Source of the DNA: Armatimonadota bacterium
Lineage (GTDB): Bacteria; Armatimonadota; Zipacnadia; Zipacnadales; JABUFB01
DNA: 64,000 nucleotides
Direction of reading: 5' to 3'
Assembly (NCBI GenBank): GCA_013314775.1
Contig: JABUFB010000008.1
Location: 725,036 to 789,035 of the forward strand
The translations under genes and the position numbers were made by a program. The notes under the pieces were generated by a model. That model was not told the DNA's origin. It ran no database searches and worked only from the letters and a program-made list of their open reading frames with translations. Of this stretch, positions 25,553-36,125 are shown in pieces (the stretch's first letter is position 1; each line of letters starts with the position of its first letter).

Positions 25553-26466
25553 GGCCGTCCTACCTCGAAGCCATCGAGCAAGGGACCTTCGGGGGGAAGC
25601 TGGCAGATCTGAGAGCGCTGCTGTCGCCCTGTCGTCTCTGCCCGCGAGAGTGCGGCGTGGATCGACTGTCTGGGGAAGCCGGGTTCTGCGGCGGATTGGA
25701 CCGGGCCGTTGTGTCGGGGGCAGGCCCGCATTTCGGGGAAGAGCGACCGCTTGTTGGGTCCGGAGGGTCCGGCACGATCTTCCTGGCCGGCTGCAATCTT
25801 GGCTGCGTGTTCTGCCAGAATTACGATATCAGCCACCTGCGCCAGGGCAGGCCGTTGACCTGCGCCGCGCTGGCACAGGTGATGATCGACCTGCAGGCCC
25901 AGGGCTGCCACAATATTAACTTCGTGACACCCACTCACTTCGCGCCCCAACTGGTGGAAGCAGTGGGAGTAGCGGCCAGGCAGGGGCTTCGCCTGCCGCT
26001 GGTGTGGAACTGCGGCGGGTATGAGAGCGTCAAGGCCCTGCGGCTCCTGGACGGCATCGTGGATATCTACATGCCCGATGCGAAGTACTGGGACGCCGCG
26101 GTGGGGCAAGAGCTCTCGGGCGTTCCTGACTATCCGCAGCGCATGCAGGAAGCTATCACCGAAATGCACCGGCAGGTGGGCGACCTGGCCCTTGATCGCA
26201 GGGGTATCGCAACGCGCGGTCTGCTCGTGCGCCATCTCGTGTTGCCTGAGAACCTGGCTGGAACCGCCGGGATAGCGGGGTTCCTTGCGTCACTGAGCAG
26301 GGACACATACGTCAACATCATGGCCCAGTACCGCCCGTGTCACCGGGCTTCGGACTTCCCGCGGATCGCCCGCCGCATCACTGCCAAAGAGTTCCAACAG
26401 GCCCTGACGGACGCCTCGGTCGCGGGCCTGCGCCGGTTCGACGATCGGCCGACGAATCTGGCCTAG
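25549..26466 (+). CDS. radical SAM protein, PflX-like (homologue of pyruvate formate-lyase activating enzymes)
   Basis: CNLGCVFCQN (CX3CX2C) preceded by the N-terminal cysteine cluster CRLCPRECGV...FCG. Its ATG overlaps the surE stop (ATGA). Confidence 0.8.
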   Translation: MRPSYLEAIEQGTFGGKLADLRALLSPCRLCPRECGVDRLSGEAGFCGGLDRAVVSGAGPHFGEERPLVGSGGSGTIFLAGCNLGCVFCQNYDISHLRQGRPLTCAALAQVMIDLQAQGCHNINFVTPTHFAPQLVEAVGVAARQGLRLPLVWNCGGYESVKALRLLDGIVDIYMPDAKYWDAAVGQELSGVPDYPQRMQEAITEMHRQVGDLALDRRGIATRGLLVRHLVLPENLAGTAGIAGFLASLSRDTYVNIMAQYRPCHRASDFPRIARRITAKEFQQALTDASVAGLRRFDDRPTNLA

Positions 26467-26521
26467 CCACACGCGCAGCGCATACCACATGAAATCTGTC
26501 CGCTTTCGGGAGGCGAGTTGG

Positions 26522-27052
26522 ATGTCGGATTTCCTGGACGAGGCCAAGAACATAGCCGCCAGCCTTTGGCGCAAGAGCCGTGAGAGCGTGGACAGTCTCG
26601 CAGCAACTATCGACCAGCGGTCTGAAGCGAGCAAGATCAGCGGAAAGATGCGGAACCTCAACCGCGAACGCGAGGACCTGGTGACGGAGATGGGCAAGAA
26701 GGTGTACGCGCTCTATCGCCGGGGCAAGGTGGAGAACCTGGACCTGCTCGCGGCCTGTAAGCGCATCGACGAGATAGGTAAGGAACTCGAAGCAGCCCGA
26801 GAGGCCCTGGAGAAGTTGCGCAACGAAGCCAAGCCTGATCTGGATGTGCCTGAGGTCACCGATGACACCCCGGCCACCGTGGAACCCGCAGCCGAACCGG
26901 TCAAGGAACCGGAGCCGCCGGTGTGTGCGGAGCCTGTGGTCGCGGCGCAGGAGCCGGCGCCCGAACCCATTGTAGAGACTGCCCCGGAACCAGTCGCGCC
27001 TGCCGAGGCGCCTGCTGATGCCGCACCCGAGGAACCGCAGGACACGATCTGA
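26522..27052 (+). CDS. hypothetical coiled-coil protein with Pro/Glu/Ala-rich tail
   Basis: ATG 26522 lies 8 nt after GGGAGG (the track start is 26489). N-terminal ~110 aa are heptad-like and charged. The C-terminal ~65 aa are low complexity (PEPVAPAEAPADAAPEEP). Confidence 0.6.
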   Translation: MSDFLDEAKNIAASLWRKSRESVDSLAATIDQRSEASKISGKMRNLNREREDLVTEMGKKVYALYRRGKVENLDLLAACKRIDEIGKELEAAREALEKLRNEAKPDLDVPEVTDDTPATVEPAAEPVKEPEPPVCAEPVVAAQEPAPEPIVETAPEPVAPAEAPADAAPEEPQDTI

Positions 27053-27078
27053 AGCACACGCATAGAAGGGGACAGACC

Positions 27079-28716
<1,638 letters not shown>

Positions 28717-28835
28717 GGGATTCGCCATAAGAACGTAACGCGCAGACTGCGAGGGACAGGGCGTGCCGCCCGTCCTCTTGCCTGACGACCCCGATACTGA
28801 GCCGGACCCATCACGCGTATCATCGGTGATTCACT

Positions 28836-31211
28836 TTGTCGTTACTGGACGAACTCAATCCTCAGCAGCGTCAGGCTGCCGAGGCAGTCGAAGGACCTGT
28901 TCTCATCATCGCCGGCGCCGGCAGCGGAAAGACCCGGGCGCTGACATACCGCATCGCCCACATGGTCCATGACCTCAAGATCCCGCCGGAAGCGATTCTC
29001 GCAGTCACTTTCACCAACAAGGCCGCGGGCGAGATGAAGGAGCGCATCCACAAGCTCACCGGCGATGCCGGCAAGGGTTTGTGGGTGGGTACATTCCATT
29101 CCATCTGCGCCCGTATCCTGCGCGCCCACGGGTCGGCCATCGGCATCCCCGACAATTACGTGATCTACGATGAGTCCGACCAGCGCTCCCTGATCCGCCA
29201 GGCGCTGTCAGTGCTGGACATCGACAGCAAGCAGTACAAGCCGGCGGAAATCCACTGGGCGATCAGTGCGGCGAAGAACGAACTCATCGGGCCCCAGGAA
29301 TACCGGCGTTCCAGCCGCGGACCTTTCGATCAGGTGGTGCGCCAGGTCTATCCACGCTACCAGCAGTCGCTGCGGGCCAACAATGCGCTGGATTTCGACG
29401 ACCTGCTCATGCGCACCGTGCAGCTTCTGCGTGAAAGTCCTGAGACTCTCAAGGTGTACCACGACCGCATCCGGTACATCCTGGTGGACGAGTTCCAGGA
29501 CATCAACCATGCTCAGAACGAGTTCATCAGGCTCATGGGGCAAGCCAGTCGGAACGTCTGCGTGGTGGGCGACGATGACCAGAGCATATACGGTTGGCGC
29601 GGGGCGAACATCGGGCTGATCCTGGACTTCGAGAGCCAGTACCCGGAGGCGCAGATTATTAAACTGGAGCAGAATTACCGGTCTACCCAGAAAATCCTGG
29701 AGTGCGCCTACGAAGTCATCCGACACAATGTTGATCGGCGCGAGAAGAAACTCTGGACCCAGAACCGTCCCGGGGAGAATGTGGTGCAGTATGAGGCCGT
29801 GGATGCCGAACAAGAGGCGGACTGGGTAGCGCAGACCATCCAGGCTCAGGTCAACTGCAGAATGACCAGCTTTGGCGACTACGCTATCCTGTACCGCGCC
29901 AATGCCATGTCCCGGGTGTTCGAAGAGGCCATGATGCGCCGGCGAATACCCTACGAGGTCGTGGGAGGCATCCGCTTCTATGAGCGCGCGGTAATCAAGG
30001 ATTTCATTGCATACCTGCGGGTAATCTTCAACCCTGCGGACGGCGTGTCCTTGAGCCGGATCATCAACGTCCCCGCCCGGGGCATCGGGGACAAGACCCT
30101 CTCCCACATCGACCGCATCGCCGCGGCCAACGGTATGAGCCTGTATGACGCGGTGCGGGTGGTCGCCTCCGACGAGAACCTGCGGCAGCGCGCAAGGGAC
30201 GCAGTCGCGGATTTCTACGATCTCATGGAGAGGCTGCGGCAGGTAGCCGCGGAGCAGTCTCTCACCGTGCTCTGCCGCAGTGTGGCCGAGATGTCCGGCT
30301 ACCTGCATGCTTTGGAAAGCAGCGAGACGGCGGAGGATCAGACCAAGGCCGAAGACCTGCGCGAATTCGTCTCCCTTGCTGAGCGGTTTGAGCGTGACCG
30401 CCCCGATGCCGACCTTGGCAGCTTTCTGGAGCACATCTCGCTCCTGTCAGACCTGGACGAGGCGCAGGAGATCGGTAGCAAAGTATCGCTCATGACCCTC
30501 CACGCTTCAAAAGGGCTGGAGTTTCCGGTGGTGTTCATGGTGGGCATGGAGGAGGGCATTTTTCCTCACCAGCGCAGTCTCGGAGAGGAGCACGAACTCG
30601 CGGAAGAACGCCGGCTCTGTTACGTTGGGATGACCCGGGCCCAGAGCCTGCTGTACCTCACCCATGCGTACAATCGTGTCATCTACGGGCAGCCCCAGCT
30701 CATGCGGCCCTCGCGGTTCCTGGCCGACCTGCCCGACCAACTGGTAGACCGGCAGGTCACCCTCGCCAACCTGGTGTCCAGTTCGGTCCTCGGGGATGAT
30801 GACGACGGCGAAGAACAGGAGGTCGGTGGGCGGAAGATCGATATGACCGAGCTCCTGTCCCGCGCCCGGGCGAACATGGAGAAAGCGCGAGATCGGCAGC
30901 GACAGGAGGCCGCGGCGCAGGCCGAAGGGACGCCTCGACGGCCGAAAAGCAGTCGAGAGGAGCGGCGCCGGGAACGCGAAGCGAAGGCGGCGCCAGAGAG
31001 CAAACGAGAACGCGGCGCGGGGACCGCGCCGGCTGCGGACGCATCCGGCATCGAGTACAAGTCCGGTGACCGCGTGCGTCACAGGACATTCGGCGAGGGG
31101 TTGGTGGTGCAGGTCAGGGGAAGCGGTGTGGACATGGAGCTTGTGGTGGCATTCGCCGGCAAGGGTGTGAAGACGCTACTGGCGGAGGTTGCGCCCATCG
31201 AGAAGGTGTAG
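28836..31211 (+). CDS. pcrA: ATP-dependent DNA helicase PcrA/UvrD
   Basis: TTG start. Walker A AGAGSGKT, DEFQD, and a C-terminal Tudor-like GDRVRHRTFGEGLVV. Confidence 0.9.
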   Translation: MSLLDELNPQQRQAAEAVEGPVLIIAGAGSGKTRALTYRIAHMVHDLKIPPEAILAVTFTNKAAGEMKERIHKLTGDAGKGLWVGTFHSICARILRAHGSAIGIPDNYVIYDESDQRSLIRQALSVLDIDSKQYKPAEIHWAISAAKNELIGPQEYRRSSRGPFDQVVRQVYPRYQQSLRANNALDFDDLLMRTVQLLRESPETLKVYHDRIRYILVDEFQDINHAQNEFIRLMGQASRNVCVVGDDDQSIYGWRGANIGLILDFESQYPEAQIIKLEQNYRSTQKILECAYEVIRHNVDRREKKLWTQNRPGENVVQYEAVDAEQEADWVAQTIQAQVNCRMTSFGDYAILYRANAMSRVFEEAMMRRRIPYEVVGGIRFYERAVIKDFIAYLRVIFNPADGVSLSRIINVPARGIGDKTLSHIDRIAAANGMSLYDAVRVVASDENLRQRARDAVADFYDLMERLRQVAAEQSLTVLCRSVAEMSGYLHALESSETAEDQTKAEDLREFVSLAERFERDRPDADLGSFLEHISLLSDLDEAQEIGSKVSLMTLHASKGLEFPVVFMVGMEEGIFPHQRSLGEEHELAEERRLCYVGMTRAQSLLYLTHAYNRVIYGQPQLMRPSRFLADLPDQLVDRQVTLANLVSSSVLGDDDDGEEQEVGGRKIDMTELLSRARANMEKARDRQRQEAAAQAEGTPRRPKSSREERRREREAKAAPESKRERGAGTAPAADASGIEYKSGDRVRHRTFGEGLVVQVRGSGVDMELVVAFAGKGVKTLLAEVAPIEKV

Positions 31212-31265
31212 CCGCGGGTCACGTGGAATTGTGCGGCAGCTCGTGCCTGCTGCCTCAAGACCCTC

Positions 31266-33275
31266 ATGCTTGCCGCACTGATTCTGGAGATTCGGAGCCC
31301 CACCGCGTTGAAAATACTCGCCGCGACCTCGCCTCCTGTTTCCAACGATCCCGGGGCAAGGGGCGTCACTCCCCGGGCTGTGATCCTTGCCTGCATACTG
31401 CTGCCGGCGAACGCCTACTGGATCACCCAGATGGCCGTGGTGCGGTACGAGGGCCACCCAACCACGGTTTCGCTGTTCTTCAACGCCGTCTTCATACTCT
31501 TCTCGCTGGTGCTGATCAACTCCGGCATCCGTCGACTCTTCCCGCGCCGTGCGCTGCACCGCAATGAACTGCTAGTGATCTACTGCATGGTCTGCGTGGC
31601 CTCGGCGCTTTGTGGGCACGACCTGATCCAAGTGGTCACTCCGCAGATTGTGATGCCCTTCTGGCTGGCAAGCCCGGAGAATAAGTGGGAAGACCTCTTC
31701 TTCCAGTACCTGCCGCAGCACCTGACCATCAGCGACCCGGATATTTACGAGCCTGCATTCGAGGGCGGCACGACGCTGTATACCATGGAGCGCATAAAGG
31801 CCTGGGCCGTGCCGGTCGCGAACTGGGGTCTGTTTCTCATCGTCCTGAGCACCATGATGCTGGCGATGAACTCTCTGCTTCGCAAGCGTTGGATGGACCG
31901 GGAAAAGCTGACCTACCCCATCACCCACATGCCCCTGGAGCTGACCCAGCCGGGCGTCCCCCTCTTGCGCAACAAGTTCATGTGGATGGGATTCGCAGTC
32001 GCCGCGGCGATCACGCTCATCAACGGCTTTCACGAACTGTGGCCCGCGATCCCGCTCATCAAAGTGCGCGTGGTCCACTATGATGCGTACATGTCCACGC
32101 TGTTCCGGACGTATCCGTGGAACGCCCTCGGCGGGACGCGTATCTCCTTCTACCCCTTCGCGGTAGGCCTGGGCCTCCTGCTTCCCCTGGACCTGGCGTT
32201 TTCATGCTGGTTCTTCTATCTCTTCTGGAAGGGGCAGCGGCTTGTCTCCGCGATGCTCGGGTTGAGCCAGATCCCACGTTTCCCGTACGCCGATCAGCAG
32301 GCTTCGGCGGCATATATCGGACTGGCAGTTTTTGCGCTGTGGATGGCCAGGGGACACATCAAGGATATCTGGCTGGGTCTGGTGGGCCGATCGCCAATCA
32401 ACGACAAGGGTGAGCCGATGGGCTACCCCCTGGCGATGTGGGTGTTGGGGGGCGGCGCGGCGTTTCTTGCGCTTTTCGCGGCGCGCATGGGCATGTGGAT
32501 GTGGGTCGCAACACTGCTCTTTGGCATCTACTTCCTGATCTCTCTGACGGTGGCACGCGTTCGGGCTGAACTTGGCCCGCCTGCCCATGATTTGCACAAT
32601 GGCGGCCCGGACCTCATCCTCACGAACCTGTTCGGCACAAGCACGGCTGTCTTCGACGCCCGCCAGTTGACTGTGCTCGAAATGTGCTACTGGTTCAACC
32701 GAGCCTACCGCGCACACCCCATGCCGATCCAGCTTGAGTCCTTCAAGATCGCGCAGACGTCGGGAATCCCCCAGTCCGCGATGGCGCTGGCCCTTACCAT
32801 CGCCACGGTTATCGGCGTGTTTGCCGCTTTCTGGGCACAGGTCCACAACTACTACAGCTATGGGATGGCGGCGAAAATGAGTTTTGTCGCCCAGACTTTC
32901 GGGCGCGAGCCATTCCAGCGTCTTGCAGGCTGGCTACAGGCGCCATACGGCACTCGCTGGCCCGAAATCGGCGCCTACGCAGTGGGATTCGTCTTCTCAC
33001 TGCTTCTCATGTTTCTGCGCGTGAACTTCATCTGGTGGCCCTTCCACCCTGTCGGCTATGCAATCTCGGGCAGTTGGTCGATGAACTGCCTGTGGCTCCC
33101 CATTTTCATCGCCTGGCTCATCAAGTTAGTCATGCTGCGCTACGGCGGGTTCAAGATGTTCCAGTCGGCGATTCCCGCCGCCCTGGGACTGGTCCTGGGC
33201 GAGTTCATTCTCGGAAGCCTGTGGACCCTGATTGGGATCATTTTCCAGATACGCACGTACGCATTCTGGGTGTGA
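31266..33275 (+). CDS. large polytopic integral membrane protein of unknown function
   Basis: 669-aa ORF with more than 12 hydrophobic segments (e.g. AVILACILLPANAYWI, VSLFFNAVFILFSLVLI, WGLFLIVLSTMMLAM). No transporter signature recognised. It may belong to an uncharacterised DUF family. The start is uncertain (ATG 31266 has no SD; in-frame TTG at 31308). Confidence 0.75.
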   Translation: MLAALILEIRSPTALKILAATSPPVSNDPGARGVTPRAVILACILLPANAYWITQMAVVRYEGHPTTVSLFFNAVFILFSLVLINSGIRRLFPRRALHRNELLVIYCMVCVASALCGHDLIQVVTPQIVMPFWLASPENKWEDLFFQYLPQHLTISDPDIYEPAFEGGTTLYTMERIKAWAVPVANWGLFLIVLSTMMLAMNSLLRKRWMDREKLTYPITHMPLELTQPGVPLLRNKFMWMGFAVAAAITLINGFHELWPAIPLIKVRVVHYDAYMSTLFRTYPWNALGGTRISFYPFAVGLGLLLPLDLAFSCWFFYLFWKGQRLVSAMLGLSQIPRFPYADQQASAAYIGLAVFALWMARGHIKDIWLGLVGRSPINDKGEPMGYPLAMWVLGGGAAFLALFAARMGMWMWVATLLFGIYFLISLTVARVRAELGPPAHDLHNGGPDLILTNLFGTSTAVFDARQLTVLEMCYWFNRAYRAHPMPIQLESFKIAQTSGIPQSAMALALTIATVIGVFAAFWAQVHNYYSYGMAAKMSFVAQTFGREPFQRLAGWLQAPYGTRWPEIGAYAVGFVFSLLLMFLRVNFIWWPFHPVGYAISGSWSMNCLWLPIFIAWLIKLVMLRYGGFKMFQSAIPAALGLVLGEFILGSLWTLIGIIFQIRTYAFWV

Positions 33276-33312
33276 TTGCGAGCTATCGCCTTTGCACACG
33301 AAGTTGAGAGCC

Positions 33313-34692
33313 ATGCATCGACTCGCCACAACACGGCCGCTGCCGGTGCTAATCGCCATTTTCGCGTGCGCGCTAAGCAGCCGCCTCGCCGCGCAGATCA
33401 CCGGCGTCACCGCGCAGGGGGCGGATCTCGTGACGCCTCCCCACTCCACGAACGACGTAGTGCTCGTCTATGGTCTTGGCTTCCCCTTCCAGGTTGCGCC
33501 CGACAGGGCGGCGGTTTTCTGCAATGTCCGTGTCGAGGGCATAAACGTCACGGACTACGAGAACGGGACAGATGTCATCGTCTTCAACGACCTCGAGGCG
33601 ATTAGCGCCGACGACGCGGTCGCGATCTCTCGCAACGAGCGCGAGACCGGCGCTGATGGCGAAAAGCGTCTTGTGGTGAAGTTCCCGATCATCGGCGGGT
33701 TCGTCCCGCAAGGGGCGCTCCGTGAGGACGGCACCCCTCACCCTCACGCAGGCAGCGGCTTCGGGCTCTGCCAGGCCATCTCTTTCCCCGTGGACGAGAA
33801 CGGTCACTTCAGCTGGAGTACGAAGTACATCCACCGTAGTGAGGTTCACCAGTTCACATACGGCGGCGAGGGCTTCCGGTCAGTGCGTTCATCATCAGGG
33901 CTGGAGCAGACGCACCCGACGGTGGGTGTCTGGCGGATCGTGGCGCCCGGGATCACAAACGCCATCCCGGACGGCGATGATCTGCTCCTGGCAGTCAGCG
34001 CCACCGACGGGTCCGGACAAGTGACCGGTGTATCGCGCTGGGCTCGCAGTCAATCCCGGTGGCGACCCGTCGCTTTCTCGCCCGTAACTCCGCCCGGTGA
34101 GGGTTGGGCCGAACCGAGCCTTGTCCGCGACAAGGACGGTGCCCTGCTCTTCACCACCAGGGGCTCGGGTGGCGAGCGGTACGGCCAAGTTCAGGTGTGG
34201 CGTAAGAACGGCGAGGGTCCACAATGGCGCCTGGTGGTGAGCACCCCTGACGTCCGCGTCTGGCACAAGCAGGACGATGGCCTGGAATGGGGCACGGTGA
34301 TCAAGCTGGCGGGCGCACACAACTCCGGTCCGATCTCCATCGGATCCGCAGCGGACGGCACTCCGTATATCGCTGCTAACCTGTCCGGCAGTGGACGTGA
34401 GACACTGTGCATCTGGCCCCTGAACGCCGAACGCATGGACCTCGAGAAACCACTTACGGTGCGGGCCGCCCGAGATGAGTTCGGTCCGGCTCCCGGTGGA
34501 GGGGCCTGGATGGTCGATCATCCCTCCGGTGCGGTGCTGCGACTGGCGGACGGCCGGTGGCACGGCGTCCTTGCCTACCGCGTGCTGGGGGACGCCGAGC
34601 ACAAAGGCGCCCTCCCCACGGCTAAGACCGGCTGCTATCTCGAGGAAATAGCTTCCTCCGGGCCCCCTCTGCCGCCCTGGCGGTTCGAATGA
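33313..34692 (+). CDS. secreted hypothetical protein, sialidase/BNR-like beta-propeller suspected
   Basis: ATG 33313 gives the signal peptide MHRLATTRPLPVLIAIFACALSSRLAAQ. Segments such as EPSLVRDKDGALLFTTRG and KQDDGLEWG resemble sialidase-fold blades. Assignment is tentative. Confidence 0.65.
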   Translation: MHRLATTRPLPVLIAIFACALSSRLAAQITGVTAQGADLVTPPHSTNDVVLVYGLGFPFQVAPDRAAVFCNVRVEGINVTDYENGTDVIVFNDLEAISADDAVAISRNERETGADGEKRLVVKFPIIGGFVPQGALREDGTPHPHAGSGFGLCQAISFPVDENGHFSWSTKYIHRSEVHQFTYGGEGFRSVRSSSGLEQTHPTVGVWRIVAPGITNAIPDGDDLLLAVSATDGSGQVTGVSRWARSQSRWRPVAFSPVTPPGEGWAEPSLVRDKDGALLFTTRGSGGERYGQVQVWRKNGEGPQWRLVVSTPDVRVWHKQDDGLEWGTVIKLAGAHNSGPISIGSAADGTPYIAANLSGSGRETLCIWPLNAERMDLEKPLTVRAARDEFGPAPGGGAWMVDHPSGAVLRLADGRWHGVLAYRVLGDAEHKGALPTAKTGCYLEEIASSGPPLPPWRFE

Positions 34693-34739
34693 TACCCCTC
34701 CGATGCATGTTATGGCCATCGACTCCGGTGAACTACCTA

Positions 34740-34777
34740 TTGACACCGAACGTCATCTACTATATCTTATAGTAGAT
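34740..34777 (+). promoter_or_regulatory. sigma70-like promoter overlapped by a perfect 10-3-10 palindrome (operator-like)
   Basis: TTGACA at 34740-34745, then 17 nt, then TATCTT at 34763-34768. The palindrome ATCTACTATA-tct-TATAGTAGAT spans 34755-34777, covering the -10 element and the likely transcription start of the lipoprotein gene. Confidence 0.55.
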
Positions 34778-34811
34778 ACTACACAGCTCAGTCGGCAAGG
34801 AGGGTCCCCCG

Positions 34812-35423
34812 ATGACATACAGGCCCCGGAACGGCGGAAATATCAGTTCGCCCGGTATCGCGCTCCTGGTCCTTGGCGCCTGCGTGTTCGTCCCCGTGTT
34901 GTTCAGCGGATGCTCGAGCGATGACGAGACCACCTTCGTAGACTGCGAACCGCGATACCACAACCTGACTATCATCCTCCAGGTGCATGATCTGGCTGGC
35001 GACGCCCTGGGGGAGGTTACGGTCTGGGTCGATGGCGTCGCGCAGAACGCCCGGACAAGCTGGCAATTCGTCTCTCTCGGCAACCAGTATCCGCCGGAAT
35101 GGCGTGGGTTCCTGGCGAACTGGATCTTCTCGGGCTTCACCGTGGCCACCTACCGCGCCGATGACCTGGAGACAGTGACGGTGGTTGTGACCAAGCCAGG
35201 CTACCAGCCGCAGGGTACGGTGTTTTACGTGGCTGACGATCTGCCAAGCCAGGTCTACGCCCGGGAGACTTTCACGATGCTGCCCACGGCTTTCCCGGCG
35301 GGTGCCGAAGGTACGGATGAGATAAAGCCCATCATGAAAGACGAGCCCGGCGAGGTCATTGGCTGGGAAAAGCCTGCAACCACGGGAGCGACCAATTCGA
35401 TGTTCAAGATCGCGGGGCTATAG
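34812..35423 (+). CDS. hypothetical lipoprotein
   Basis: ATG behind GGAGG. Signal plus lipobox: IALLVLGACVFVPVLFSGC followed by SSDDE. 203 aa, no family recognised. Confidence 0.75.
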   Translation: MTYRPRNGGNISSPGIALLVLGACVFVPVLFSGCSSDDETTFVDCEPRYHNLTIILQVHDLAGDALGEVTVWVDGVAQNARTSWQFVSLGNQYPPEWRGFLANWIFSGFTVATYRADDLETVTVVVTKPGYQPQGTVFYVADDLPSQVYARETFTMLPTAFPAGAEGTDEIKPIMKDEPGEVIGWEKPATTGATNSMFKIAGL

Positions 35424-35466
35424 CCGCTCACGCTCGGTTGACGGGCGCGATCAGGTGACGAAAAGC

Positions 35467-35501
35467 AGACGCCGCGGATTGCAGACCAGTCCGCGGCGTC
35501 T
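35467..35501 (+). terminator. intrinsic terminator after the lipoprotein gene
   Basis: 12-bp stem AGACGCCGCGGA / TCCGCGGCGTCT with an 11-nt loop, followed by TTGGTGTTT. Confidence 0.65.
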
Positions 35502-35527
35502 TTGGTGTTTCATTGGGCAATGTATCG

Positions 35528-36124
35528 TCAGCGTTGGGCAAGAATGGCCTTGAAATCCCGCCGGAAGGCCTGCAACGCCTTCCCTCGATGACTTACCTGG
35601 CTTTTCTCCGCGCGGCTCAGCCGGGCGAAAGTGCACCCCGCCGGCGGGTAGATGAACACGGGGTCGAAGCCGAACCCGTTGTCGCCCTCGGGCGCATCGG
35701 AGATGAACCCTTCCACAGTCTCCTGCCACGTGCCCAGAATCCCCTCGGGAGACGCGAGCGCAATGCAGCAGACGAACCGCGCCTGGCGATCCTCGGGCGC
35801 GACCCCCTCAAGGCGCTGGAGCAACCACGCGATGCGTTCGGGATCAGTCTCCGCAACGCGCGCCGACTTCACGCCGGGTTCGCCATTGAGCGCATCCACC
35901 TCCAGGCCACTGTCATCGGCGACGGCCCAGTGCCCGGTGGCTGCGGCGATGACCAGAGCCTTTTCACAGGCATTCGCGCAGAAGGTATCGTGAGGCTCTT
36001 CTACTTCCGGCGCGTCCGGAAAGTCCGCGAGCGAGACCACCTCCACGGCCAGCCCATCCAACAGTTCCGCGATTTCCCGAAACTTGCCCTGATTCCGGGT
36101 GGCGACCACGAGCCGCTCCAGCAT
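35528..36124 (-). CDS. rdgB: non-canonical purine NTP pyrophosphatase (RdgB/HAM1 family)
   Basis: ATG 36124 (MLERLVVATRNQGKFREI). FGFDPVF and KSQVSHRGKAL motifs. 198 aa. Confidence 0.9.
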   Translation of the reverse strand: MLERLVVATRNQGKFREIAELLDGLAVEVVSLADFPDAPEVEEPHDTFCANACEKALVIAAATGHWAVADDSGLEVDALNGEPGVKSARVAETDPERIAWLLQRLEGVAPEDRQARFVCCIALASPEGILGTWQETVEGFISDAPEGDNGFGFDPVFIYPPAGCTFARLSRAEKSQVSHRGKALQAFRRDFKAILAQR

Positions 36125-36125
36125 G

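Noticed and set aside
26850-27040. Apparent short tandem repetition (CCGGAACC/GCGCC-type) suggesting a repeat array
   Set aside because: It is the Pro/Glu/Ala-rich low-complexity tail of the 26522-27052 CDS. There is no constant repeat/spacer structure, so it is not a CRISPR array.
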